From assembly GCA_040954595.2 (NCBI GenBank), contig CM082591.2:7740047-7804046 (forward strand): a stretch of DNA of 64,000 nucleotides, in the 5' to 3' direction. Shown piece by piece: positions 12,822 to 25,800 of the stretch. Source of the stretch: Balanoglossus misakiensis. Taxonomy: Eukaryota; Animalia; Hemichordata. The translations under genes and the position numbers were made by a program. Numbering within the stretch: the first letter of the stretch is position 1; each line of letters starts with the position of its first letter. The notes under the pieces are model-generated. The model searched no databases. It had not been told where the DNA came from and worked only from the letters and a program-made list of their open reading frames with translations.

Positions 12822-15800
12822 ATGTATGTATGATGTAGAATAGAAACATTAATTATCACTTTTAACGCCTTTTTAGACACTCGGTGGGCACCTTGTTGCA
12901 GCTCTGGTGACCTCTGATATTATCCCACCACTCATCGCTGCGGGTTGTGAAGCAGTACTTGTTGGAAACAAAGGTAAAACTATTCAGCAGCAGTAAATTC
13001 CATAATATGAGTATTAGTTCGAAAACGCTACATGCCCAGGTTTTTGAGTTCACAAATCCAGCATCCCAAAGAAATACAAGTTTTTGATATTATAGACTAC
13101 CCGTTTGTATTCATTTTAATGGAAATAAACTTTAAACAGGTGCTTCAAGGAGGACTATTGCAGCACAAGAATTGTGTTTACCCGAGAGGAAGGTAGCTGT
13201 TCGTGCCGACGAAATTGTGCAGTCCATCATAATTCCCCTCACAAAACCAGTAAGTTGTTGACACCGATTGACACATGTGTGGAGGACATATTCATGTAGT
13301 GGGATCATTATGTGCACCATATATAGTAGCGTACTATACACATACACACATATACCCCGTGTAGCATAATCGGGAAGCGCAGTGTACCTGTCCACCTTCA
13401 CACTTACTTGTTGATGTAAGAGTTGAAGACGTTTTGGAACTCGGTATCGCATTCATGATTCAGTGCCAACACCCCACGCACACATTCACCATTATATCTA
13501 AACTGTGACCATCATTATCAAGCATTTTGTCATGTTTTGCCATGTCATTTGTGATATACACACTTTATGGTGAACTTTTCTGTAGTTTTCTATGCTACAT
13601 ACAAGCTAGCGCTGGCTGTGCTGGAAGATTTAATAGCCCTGATAGCAATGTTCATGTATTACTTTCACATTGATTCTTGACAGGACGAATATTTTGGGTC
13701 ATATCATACCCGCACTCCACACAGAAGGGACAATGAACTCGACGTTGTCAGTGCAGGTATGAGGGTTCGCCTCAACCGTAGTGCGTATGCATGTACCATT
13801 GATGACCTACACGTTCGTTATGGTGGGATTGGATTGCTCGCATCGAAAAGAATCCAGGATGATGTACAGGTTTTGAAGAACAGGTTGTTAGAACTATTGT
13901 AGTTTATATTGATTCATATTTGTTCTGTTATCCGTAACCACGTTCTCGTCGATTATTTTTAATTTTCGTCATTTGTTGATAAGAGAAGTACCAGTTGCAA
14001 GATCTCATGAGACTTATTTGATTTTCGTCATTATGGGTTATTCAAGCGTTGTATGATACTAGAATAGTTGCACTTCATCAAACCTGTAACTTTTGTGGAT
14101 ATATAGTGAATCAATGTTCAACCACACACCTTCCATCCCATTTGAAGACACGAGAGTGAAAAACTCGGTGTTTACCATTTATTCATTTTGGCAAGATTTT
14201 TACTCTCATACCCTACAAACGGGATGAAATTTGTGTGTGGTCAAACGTTGATTCACTATATATCTACATGTAGAATAACATGAACTGTGTCTTGTATGAA
14301 ACATAATTACTAGTAATGGAAAAAGGGCAACGAGAGAGATACTTTGTCCCTTTAACCATTCAGAGGCACGTATTGTACAAGTAGCTGTTTTATAACATGT
14401 GTATGAAAATGGTTGGTTTGAACTGCCTGTTATAATATGTAAATATATTTTATCTCAATTAAGAACGTGGGACGAAGCAATTATTGAAGAAATCTGTGGA
14501 ATTCTACACAAGCATTCCAACGTTATAATAACATCAAGCGAAGTGACACGTGACAGTGCCAGCATGAATGAATCGAAAGAGTTTAAAATGATGACCATGA
14601 AGAATTTTTTCTTCAAGTTCTTTTACATGGTCAGAAAAGAGACGGGCCAGGAAATGATAGATACTGACGGACGAATGAGCTTATGTCCTACCCAAGCAAT
14701 TAAAGGAACACAAATCTGGCAGGTACAAACTGACTATTGGTATTGACCAAATTTTCGTATGACCTTATCTTGGAAGGTATTTGCCAAATGTGTATTTTGG
14801 CGGCATCACAATACATGGTAATAGATAGATGTGCTTATAGCATGTTTGAAAATCTGAAAGCATCGTTGTGAACGGCTGCAAGAGGACAAAGTAACACGAC
14901 GACCTAAAAGGAAACCTTGGTCATTGCACTAATTAACACGTTGTGCACGTAAAATGACAATGAAGTTGGTCCATTGCTTTAAATGAATAAATCATAAAAC
15001 TGTATCTTCTGGGAGTACTGAAACTGATGTCAGACAAAAATCCAATATGAATTACGTCATTTTGCAGAGTAATACACTGGGTGCAGTCGGAGAACCAATC
15101 GTGAATTCAGCATCTCGGGAGCTCACATCTGGCGAGTTAATGTTTCAGGATGACGTACCAAGAAGGGAAGGTATATCACACAAGCTTTTATTAGTTAACA
15201 CGTCGTGTACGAAAAAGAACCCCTCACACCAAGGACATGTAAAAACTAAAATTTAGTCCGATGTTGTTTTTTTGTTTGTTTGTCGGTCTGTTTGTTTGTT
15301 TGTTTTGGGGGGGTTACTACAGGCGGCAACACATGGCAGAAAATTTGCTTCTGTGTTTGATATGTCAATGTATAAGAAATCTAGGCACCCCCATTTAAAA
15401 AATAACAATAAGCCAAAACTTCATCATTCCCTGCACGAGGATTGAAAAATTAATCGTTTAATGTTTGACTTGACACTAATTGTAAATCTTTATTTGCATG
15501 ATTATTTATCAGATGAACTGTTTATGGCCCTGTTGACAAGTAGTCGACCACACGCCAAGATAAGGTAAATACGGCTGTTTTGTTTTGTTTTGTTTTTGAA
15601 ATGGTCCCACCCAATTAGACTCCTACGATCGCTTATTTGGTGGGTTTTCCTGTATTTCGGATTTTATTTTTTGCTAGACATCGACCAATATTATAATTCA
15701 AAATTGCCGCCAATCTCTGTGCTAACTCTATGAAAAAAAATGAAAATAATGATTTGTATGAAAACAGGATACAGAACACCGTGTGTTCTTGTTTTCAAAA

Positions 15801-17438
15801 AGGCACCCAGAGGAGAATTTTTATCCTAAAATCTGTCCTCAAGGGATATATGTGATAAATGTTAAACCAATATCTTATGTTTGTAGATCAGTGAACACCG
15901 CTGCAGCCTTGGCAATGGACGGAGTAGTTGCCTATGTTGATGTACATGCAGTCACTGGACAGAATTACAACAAGAATACTAAAGAAAAGGTTTTTGCTGA
16001 AGATGAGGTATGCCAAAGGACAAAGCAAGTTTACTTTCTATGCTTCTATACTTGAAAATGTTAATCATTTTAAATAGTACGACCGTTCATTTTGCTGAAG
16101 GAAAGGTTCCGAGCAGCAGGTTGCCCTTTTGTCAAAAGTTTTTCTCGTCAAGAGCCTTTATTCAGACCTGTCTGCAGGACCTATTCTTTACTATCAATCA
16201 TATGATCTGGCCATGTGTCCCATGGCGCTGGCATTTCCAGATGACGGGCAAGCAATATTTCGGCATCCAGTAAAAGTTTTTCCGAGTATATTTTTACTTT
16301 AGAGCCGCCGAACATGTAACATGTATCAAATATGGTGCCTCATCAGCCTCGTTGCATTTCGTTTGCACAGTTTTTGTCTTCACCATGTAAGTCCACGTTG
16401 CTGAAGTTGCCGGTCATCTGGAAATTTGAATGCGAACGTAACTGCTGCCTGAGCGCGTCTGATGTCTTTTGATATCGAAGAATTGCTTTCAAGTCAAAAG
16501 GACGATGAACATATACGTACATCAGTGCACATCAACTTGCAAAATGGATAAGGTCAATTTTGATACATCTGGCACAGAGAACCATTGAATTTTGCATACA
16601 CTAAAACACTGTATGGTACGGGTTGTACTGAACCCCCTTTATGTATGTCATTTCAAGGCGCCCAAACTCACGGTGTACAGGTTTCCCCTTTCACTGCGGA
16701 CAGTTTCAAGACCCACCCCCCACCCGCCCCCAATGTTATAAAAACGAAAGATGTCAGCTCATTCTGTATTGTTTTTCAGCTGAGTGGTTACGATCAATCG
16801 TGTCATGGTTTGAAAGCCAAGTATAATTTGCAATGCAAACATGCCGGTAGTAGAGATGCAAGATGTATAATAATAAGGTTTATCACAAAAATACTGCAAA
16901 GTATGCACGAGGTCATTAGCACCACATATCGCCCGTAATATCTGGAGTAAACATAGTCAACTTCTCTCAGACCCGGCACAATTTGTGATGCAGTGTGACG
17001 CAATACGGGCTCCTGTATTATTTCTACAGTTTTGTCTTGTCAGAAGTAATTCTATAGTCACTCAGAAGACAATGCGCATGTGATGTGATGTGGAAATTTC
17101 AGTTATTGTATGTTATATTTCGTTGTAATGTGGATCCCAACGACTATCAAATATGGGCCTTTCCTTTCAGCACCATTCGACTCTCTAAGAATCAGAGGAC
17201 CTACTTTGATGTACTTAATATTACATAACGAAAGTATGTTGGTGCCTCGGCCCTAGGCCTCCAAATTACTGACTCCTGTACTTGTTGCGGTTTTCTAATA
17301 GTCCATTCTCACTCACAGGTAAAATACGTCGGTGAGGTTATCGGTGGTATATTAGCTACGAGCCAGCAGATTGCCAGACGTGCTGTGAAGTGCATAGAGG
17401 TGACATACGAAGACCTTGTGGCCGTACTCACCATTGAG
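7384..17438 (+). CDS. XDH/AOX: Aldehyde oxidase/xanthine dehydrogenase-family molybdoflavoprotein, exons 1-17 (2x[2Fe-2S], FAD and a/b-hammerhead domains); 3' half not found in window
   Basis: Exons 7384-7443 (alternative ATG 7348), 7827-7884, 9313-9409, 9681-9789, 10252-10440, 10651-10791, 11703-11844, 12113-12280, 12528-12604, 12877-12973, 13140-13249, 13684-13883, 14464-14722, 15068-15170, 15513-15564, 15887-16007, 17319-17438; 2103 nt, no stops. Motifs [66 protein letters not shown]. Confidence 0.93.
7918..8187. mobile_element. MITE with ~60-bp TIRs
   Basis: TAATCCGTGGCACAATTCGGCCAACCAATAAACTGATTTGCAACTTC ... GAAGTTGCAAATCGGTTTATTGGTTGGCCGAAATGTGCCACGGATTA. Confidence 0.8.
8788..9194. 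mobile_element. MITE with ~100-bp imperfect TIRs
   Basis: TTAGCCTGGCCTCCATACCCAGTGTGTTTTAGATAGA ... TCTATCTAAAACACACTGGGTATGGAGGCCTGCAGGCTAA. Confidence 0.8.
9828..10012. repeat. (TACA)n microsatellite
   Basis: Imperfect CATA/TACA run in AOX intron 4. Confidence 0.97.
10862..11359. mobile_element. Possible Kolobok-like non-autonomous element
   Basis: TTAA|AGGA...TCCT|TTAA ends; only 4-bp terminal complementarity. Confidence 0.35.
12663..12835. repeat. Compound (TATG)n/(TG)n microsatellite
   Basis: Directly visible in AOX intron 9. Confidence 0.97.
14095..14355. mobile_element. 5'-truncated copy of the palindromic TTAA-AGGGAC MITE
   Basis: Shares gtggatatatagtgaatcaa..., cacgagagtgaaaa and ...actttgtccctttaa with 40543-40897. 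Confidence 0.8.
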
Positions 17439-17562
17439 GTATGCTTCAAATGTGTATTTTCATCAGGTGGTGAAGGAATTTGATTAGATTATTTCATTTA
17501 TAACCAATACATCCTGTAGCACAATGTCTATCAGAAACATATCAGCATTTTGTTTGATAGGG

Positions 17563-17737
17563 GTACTACGCGCGTCAAAGAGACCTGCCATATACGTTGG
17601 TAGCCAACGTGTATGGCAGGTCTGCAACAAATATGGCAGGTCGGCCATGTTATACACTTCCTGCCATATTTGTTGCAGACCTGCCATACACGTTGGCTAC
17701 CAACGTATATGGCAGGTCTCTTTGACGCGCGTAGTAC
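17563..17737. mobile_element. Perfect nested palindrome (foldback MITE)
   Basis: ~78-bp perfect arms GTACTACGCGCGTCAAAGAGACCTGCC... with a 19-nt loop; each arm holds its own hairpin; possible TA target-site duplication. Confidence 0.85.
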
Positions 17738-17819
17738 TCTACTATTTTGTTTTGCAATTTGTTTATGTGTGTGGTCTGTTGCGCCAACAAATACCACAAC
17801 GTTTACAAAGTCGGTTATT

Positions 17820-20800
17820 CAACCCACAACCTCCCAATTTTCAACACACGTTCCCCAAATTTCCCCAAATTGTTATACATGGCCCAGCATGTATGAAGCG
17901 TAATCAAGGCCAAAATTCAAAACCACATTTTCAACCCACAACCTCCCAATTTTCAACACACGTTCCCCAAATTTCCCCAAATTGTTATACATGGCCCAGC
18001 ATGTATGAAGCGTAATCAAGGCCAAAATTCAAAACCCCATTTTCAACCCACAACCTCCCAATTTTCAACACACGTTCCCCAAATTTCCCCAAATTGTTAT
18101 ACATGGCCAAGCATGTATGAAGCGTAATCAAGGCCAAAATTCAAAACCCCATTTTCAACCCACAACCTCCCAATTTTCAACACACGTTCCCCAAATTTCC
18201 CCAAATTGTTATACATGGCCAAGCATGTATGAAGCGTAATCAAGGCCAAAATTCAAAACCACATTTTCAACCCATAACCTCCCAATTTTCAACACACGTT
18301 CCCCAAATTTCCCCAAATTGTTATACATGGCCCAGCATGTATGAAGCGTAATCAAGGCCAAAATTCAAAACCACATTTTCAACCCACAACCTCCCAATTT
18401 TCAACACACGTTCCCCAAATTTCCCCAAATTGTTATACATGGCCCAGCATGTATGAAGCGTAATCAAGGCCAAAATTCAAAACCACATTTTCAACCCACA
18501 ACCTCCCAATTTTCAACACACGTTCCCCAAATTTCCCCAAATTGTTATACATGGCCCAGCTTGTATGAAGCGTAATCAAGGCCAAAATTCAAAACCCCAT
18601 TTTCAACCCACAACCTCCCAATTTTCAACACACGTTCCCCAAATTTCCCCAAATTGTTATACATGGCCCAGCATGTATGAAGTGTAATCAAGGCCAAAAT
18701 TCAAAACCCCATTTTCAACCCACAACCTCCCAATTTTCAACACACGTTCCCCAAATTTCCCCAAATTGTTATACATGGCCCAGCATGTATGAAGCGTAAT
18801 CAAGGCCAAAATTCAAAACCCCATTTTCAACTCACAACCTCCCAATTTTCAACACACGTTCCCCAAATTTCTCCAAATTGTTATACATGGCCCAGCTTGT
18901 ATGAAGCGTAATCAAGGCCAAAATTCAAAACCCCATTTTCAACCCACAACCTCCCAATTTTCAACACACGTTCCCCAAATTTCCCCAAATTGTTATACAT
19001 GGCCCAGCATGTATGAAGTGTAATCAAGGCCAAAATTCAAAACCCCATTTTCAACCCACAACCTCCCAATTTTCAACACACGTTCCCCAAATTTCCCCAA
19101 ATTGTTATACATGGCCCAGCATGTATGAAGCGTAATCAAGGCCAAAATTCAAAACCCCATTTTCAACTCACAACCTCCCAATTTTCAACACACGTTCCCC
19201 AAATTTCCCCAAATTGTTATACATGGCCCAGCTTGTATGAAGCGTAATCAAGGCCAAAATTCAAAACCCCATTTTCAACCCACAACCTCCAAATTTTCAA
19301 CACACGTTCCCCAAATTTCCCCAAATTGTTATACATGGCCCAGCTTGTATGAAGCGTAATCAAGGCCAAAATTCAAAACCCCATTTTCAACCCACAACCT
19401 CCCAATTTTCAACACACGTTCCCCAAATTTCCCCAAATTGTTATACATGGCCCAGCATGTATGAAGTGTAATCAAGGCCAAAATTCAAAACCACATTTTC
19501 AACCCACAACCTCCCAATTTTCAACACACGTTCCCCAAATTTCCCCAAATTGTTATACATGGCCCAGCATGTATGAAGCGTAATCAAGGCCAAAATTCAA
19601 AACCCCATTTTCAACCCACAACCTCCCAATTTTCAACACACGTTCCCCAAATTTCCCCAAATTGTTATACATGGCCCAGCATGTATGAAGCGTAATCAAG
19701 GCCAAAATTCAAAACCCCATTTTCAACCCACAACCTCCCAATTTTCAACACACGTTCCCCAAATTTCCCCAAATTGTTATACATGGCCCAGCATGTATGA
19801 AGTGTAATCAAGGCCAAAATTCAAAACCCCATTTTCAACCCACAACCTCCCAATTTTCAACACACGTTCCCCAAATTTCCCCAAATTGTTATACATGGCC
19901 CAGCATGTATGAAGCGTAATCAAGGCCAAAATTCAAAACCCCATTTTCAACCCACAACCTCCCAATTTTCAACACACGTTCCCCAAATTTCCCCAAATTG
20001 TTATACATGGCCCAGCATGTATGAAGCGTAATCAAGGCCAAAATTCAAAACCACATTTTCAACCCACAACCTCCCAATTTTCAACACACGTTCCCCAAAT
20101 TTCCCCAAATTGTTATACATGGCCCAGCTTGTATGAAGCGTAATCAAGGCCAAAATTCAAAACCCCATTTTCAACCCACAACCTCCCAATTTTCAACACA
20201 CGTTCCCCAAATTTCCCCAAATTGTTATACATGGCCCAGCATGTATGAAGTGTAATCAAGGCCAAAATTCAAAACCCCATTTTCAACCCACAACCTCCCA
20301 ATTTTCAACACACGTTCCCCAAATTTCCCCAAATTGTTATACATGGCCCAGCATGTATGAAGCGTAATCAAGGCCAAAATTCAAAACCCCATTTTCAACT
20401 CACAACCTCCCAATTTTCAACACACGTTCCCCAAATTTCTCCAAATTGTTATACATGGCCCAGCATGTATGAAGTGTAATCAAGGCCAAAATTCAAAACC
20501 CCATTTTCAACCCACAACCTCCCAATTTTCAACACACGTTCCCCAAATTTCCCCAAATTGTTATACATGGCCCAGCTTGTATGAAGCGTAATCAAGGCCA
20601 AAATTCAAAACCCCATTTTCAACCCACAACCTCCCAATTTTCAACACACATTCCCCAAATTGTTATACATGGCCCAGCATGTATGAAGCGTAATCAAGGC
20701 CAAAATTCAAAACCCCATTTTCAACCCACAACCTCCCAATTTTCAACACACATTCCCCAAATTGTTATACATGGCCCAGCATGTATGAAGCGTAATCAAG

Positions 20801-22005
20801 GCCAAAATTCAAAACCCCATTTTCAACCCACAACCTCCCAATTTTCAACACACGTTCCCCAAATTTCCCCAAATTGTTATACATGGCCCAGCATGTATGA
20901 AGCGTAATCAAGGCCAAAATTCAAAACCCCATTTTCAACCCACAACCTCCCAATTTTCAACACACGTTCCCCAAATTTCCCCAAATTGTTATACATGGCC
21001 CAGCATGTATGAAGTGTAATCAAGGCCAAAATTCAAAACCCCATTTTCAACCCACAACCTCCCAATTTTCAACACACGTTCCCCAAATTTCCCCAAATTG
21101 TTATACATGGCCCAGCATGTATGAAGCGTAATCAAGGCCAAAATTCAAAACCCCATTTTCAACCCACAACCTCCCAATTTTCAACACACGTTCCCCAAAT
21201 TTCCCCAAATTGTTATACATGGCCCAGCATGTATGAAGCGTAATCAAGGCCAAAATTCAAAACCCCATTTTCAACCCACAACCTCCCAATTTTCAACACA
21301 CCTTCCCCAAATTTCCCCAAATTGTTATACATGGCCCAGCATGTATGAAGTGTAATCAAGGCCAAAATTCAAAACCCCATTTTCAACCCACAACCTCCCA
21401 ATTTTCAACACACGTTCCCCAAATTTCCCCAAATTGTTATACATGGCCCAGCATGTATGAAGCGTAATCAAGGCCAAAATTCAAAACCCCATTTTCAACC
21501 CACAACCTCCCAATTTTCAACACACGTTCCCCAAATTTCCCCAAATTGTTATACATGGCCCAGCATGTATGAAGCGTAATCAAGGCCAAAATTCAAAACC
21601 CCATTTTCAACCCACAACCTCCCAATTTTCAACACACATTCCCCAAATTTCCCCAAATTGTTATACATGGCCCAGCATGTATGAAGCGTAATCAAGGCCA
21701 AAATTCAAAACCCCATTTTCAACCCACAACCTCCCAATTTTCAACACACATTCCCCAAATTTCCCCAAATTGTTATACATGGCCCAGCATGTATGAAGCG
21801 TAATCAAGGCCAAAATTCAAAACCCCATTTTCAACCCACAACCTCCCAATTTTCAACACACGTTCCCCAAATTTCCCCAAATTGTTATACATTGCCCAGC
21901 ATGTATGAAGCGTAATCAAGGCCAAAATTCAAAACCACATTTTCAACCCACAACCTCCCAATTTTCAACACACATTCCCCAAATTTCCCCAAATTGTTAT
22001 ACATG
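17820..22005. repeat. Satellite 1, 112-bp monomer, ~37 copies
   Basis: AACCCACAAC recurs at 17821, 17933, 18381 (5x112) and 19501 (15x112); two 102-bp variants near 20640-20760. Confidence 0.98.
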
Positions 22006-22022
22006 GGATACAGCTATACGGG

Positions 22023-22779
22023 GAATCACGAGTTCGCGACGCAGGTACACGAGTGAGGAATACGGGGGAATTATATGTTTATCACATACATAGATCCGCT
22101 AATTTTGATTTTCAAATAAATCTCTTTGTGGTTGCGATAAAATTTGGAACTATTTTGTGCAAAATTGAAGATCTATGTTATGCGGTCTATCTATCAGGTG
22201 ACTCAGGTCACGACCTGGACGATTCTGGTTTTGGCGATGACCCGTCTGTCGTGCGTCAGCTGGATTTCATCATCCGTTAAGGTTTCACTGGAGCAGGAAA
22301 CCTTTCTTATGCCTTTTGCTTTATGACTAGACCGTTTTGCTCTAATCGTCGCATCAAAATTTTTGCGAATACTCAGTTTTGTACCTGTCGCTCGTTCGAC
22401 AACGCGATGACATTGGCTCAGCACTGACGACCTCGGTTTTGGTGCCGGTTGGTGCGATAAAAATGTACACAGGTAAAACTAATCGTCGATCGTCCATATT
22501 TACACATACGAAACATTTTATTTATCTTTGCTTATTTTTAATATCGAAATAAAACCAACAATTGCACTGAATTTTGTCGCCCTAAGAGGACTTTGTTTAC
22601 AAGTTTAAAATAGTTCCGTTTGGTGACGTCAGAGGGATGGGTATTACAATAACGCTTGGTGCAAATTTACCTACGTCTGACGTCATACTATGGTATATGC
22701 GGAGCTATGTATGTGATAATTATATATAATTCCCCCGTATTTCGAACGAGTGTGCCTGCGTCGCGGACGAGTGATTCTT
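22023..22779. mobile_element. Non-autonomous element with ~80-bp imperfect TIRs separating satellites 1 and 2
   Basis: AATCAC...CGCGACGCAGG...AATACGGGGGAATTATAT...ATCACATACATAG.TCCGC is mirrored at 22699-22779; CpG-rich core without a credible ORF. Confidence 0.72.
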
Positions 22780-22869
22780 GATGAAGAATTGTGTTCATTT
22801 GACTTGTGAAGGTACTGTTTATGAATAAATATGAAAATATTAATTCCAAATGCTGTTTTGACTTTATTA

Positions 22870-25800
22870 CTAGAACATGGATGTGTTTGAATGAGGCATT
22901 TTTGAAAGCCTTTGAATTTTATAACGTGGAAAATCCTGAAGAAAAACAAAATATCTGGATGGAAACTTGATCTAACCAATGAAGAAATCATAGAATCTCA
23001 GTTGCTCATGTTTTGTGCATGAATGTAAAGCATGATTAGCACATGGATGTGTTTGAATGAGGCATTTTTGAAAGCCTTTGAATTTTATAACGTGGAAAAT
23101 CCTGAAGAAAAACAAAATATCTGGATGGAAACTTGATCTAACCAATGAAGAAATCATAGAATCTCAGTTGCTCGACATGTTTTGTGCATGAATGTAAAGC
23201 ATGATTAGCACATGGATGTGTTTGAATGAGGCATTTTTGAAAGCCTTTGAATTTTATAACGTGGAAAATCCTGAAGAAAAACAAATTATCTGGATGGAAA
23301 CTTGATCTAACCAATGAAGAAATCCTAGAATCTCAGTTGCTCATGCTTTGTGCATGAATGAAAAGCATGATTAGCACATGGATGTGTTTGAATGAGGCAT
23401 TTTTGAAAGCCTTTGAATTTTATAACATGGAAAATCCTGAAGAACAAAAAATATCTGGATGGAAACTTGATCTAACCAATGAAGAAATCCTAGAATCTCA
23501 GTTGCTCATGTTTTGTGCATGAATGTAAAGCATGATTAGCACATGGATGTGTTTGAATGAGGCATTTTTGAAAGCCTTTGAATTTTATAACGTGGAAAAT
23601 CCTGAAGAAAAGATATCTGGATGGAAACTTGATCTAACCAATGAAGAAATCATAGAATCTCAGTTGCTCATGCTTTGTGCATGAATGTAAAGCATGATTA
23701 GCACATGGATGTGTTTGAATGAGGCATTTTTGAAAGCCTTTGAATTTTATAACGTGGAAAATCCTGAAGAAAAACAAAATATCTGGATGGAAACTTGATC
23801 TAACCAATGAAGAAATCCTAGAATCTCAGTTGCTCATGCTTTGTGCATGAATGTTAAGCATGATTAGCACATGGATGTGTTTGAATGAGGCATTTTTGAA
23901 AGCCTTTGAATTTTATAACGTGGAAAATCCTGAAGAAAAACAAAATATCTGGATGGAAACTTGATCTAACCAATGAAGAAATCCTAGAATCTCAGTTGCT
24001 CATGCTTTGTGCATGAATGTTAAGCATGATTAGCACATGGATGTGTTTGAATGAGGCATTTTTGAAAGCCTTTGAATTTTATAACATGGAAAATCCTGAA
24101 GAAGAAAAAATATCTGGATAGAAACTTGATCTAACCAATGAAGAAATCATAGAATCTCAGTTGCTCATGCTTTGTGCATGAATGTAAAGCATGATTAGCA
24201 CATGGATGTGTTTGAATGAGGCATTTTTGAAAGCCTTTGAATTTTATAACGTGGAAAATCCTGAAGAAAAACAAAATATCTGGATGGAAACTTGATCTAA
24301 CCAATGAAGAAATCATAGAATCATCAGTTGCTCATGCTTTGTGCATGAATGTAAAGCATGATTAGCACATGGATGTGTTTGAATGAGGCATTTTTGAAAG
24401 CCTTTGAATTTTATAACATGGAAAATCCTGAAGAACAAAAAATATCTGGATGGAAACTTGATCTAACCAATGAAGAAATCCTAGAATCTCAGTTGCTCAT
24501 GCTTTGTGCATGAATGTTAAGCATGATTAGCACATGGATGTGTTTGAATGAGGCATTTTTGAAAGCCTTTGAATTTTATAACATGGAAAATCCTGAAGAA
24601 AAAAAAATATCTGGATGGAAACTTGATCTAACCAATGAAGAAATCATAGAATCTCAGTTGCTCATGCTTTGTGCATGAATGTAAAGCATGATTAGCACAT
24701 GGATGTGTTTGAATGAGGCATTTTTGAAAGCCTTTGAATTTTATAACGTGGAAAATCCTGAAGAAAAAAAAATATCTGGATGGAAACTTGATCTAACCAA
24801 TGAAGAAATCATAGAATCTCAGTTGCTCATGCTTTGTGCATGAATGTAAAGCATGATTAGCACATGGATGTGTTTGAATGAGGCATTTTTGAAAGCCTTT
24901 GAATTTTATAACGTGGAAAATCCTGAAGAAAAAAAATTATCTCGATGGAAACTTGATCTAACCAATGAAGAAATCCTAGAATCTCAGTTGCTCATGCTTT
25001 GTGCATGAATGTAAAGCATGATTAGCACATGGATGTGTTTGAATGAGGCATTTTTGAAAGCCTTTGAATTTTATAACGTGGAAAATCCTGAAGATAAAAA
25101 AATATCTGGATGGAAACTTGATCTAACCAATGAAGAAATCATAGAATCTCAGTTGCTCATGCTTTGTGCATGAATGTAAAGCATGATTAGCACATGGATG
25201 TGTTTGAATGAGGCATTTTTGAAAGCCTTTGAATTTTATAACGTGGAAAATCCTGAAGAAAAAAAATTATCTCGATGGAAACTTGATCTAACCAAAGAAG
25301 AAATCATAGAATCATCAGTTGCTCATGCTTTGTGCATGAATGTAAAGCATGATTAGCACATGGATGTGTTTGAATGAGGCATTTTTGGAAGCCTTTGAAT
25401 TTTATAACATGGAAAATCCTGAAGAAAAAAAATTATCTCGATGGAAACTTGATCTAACCAATGAAGAAATCATAGAATCTCAGTTGCTCATGCTTTGTGC
25501 ATGAATGTAAAGCATGATTAGCACATGGATGTGTTTGAATGAGGCATTTTTGAAAGCCTTTGAATTTTATAACGTGGAAAATCCTGAAGAAAAACAAAAT
25601 ATCTGGATGGAAACTTGATCTAACCAATGAAGAAATCATAGAATCATCAGTTGCTCATGCTTTGTGCATGAATGTAAGCATGATTAGCACATGGATGTGT
25701 TTGAATAAGGCATTTTTGAAAGCCTTTGAATTTTATAACATGGAAAATCCTGAAGAAAAAAAAATATCTGGATGGAAACTTGATCTAACCAATGAAGAAA

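Noticed and set aside
9725-12880. His/Thr/Tyr/Ile and Val/Cys/Met-rich ORFs
   Set aside because: Microsatellite translations within introns.
16060-16540. Possible decayed retroelement gag-like sequence on the minus strand of AOX intron 16
   Set aside because: Multiple stops and no diagnostic motif; cannot be supported without a search.
17484-18015. Mirror-image ORFs on both strands
   Set aside because: Produced by the palindrome and satellite 1.
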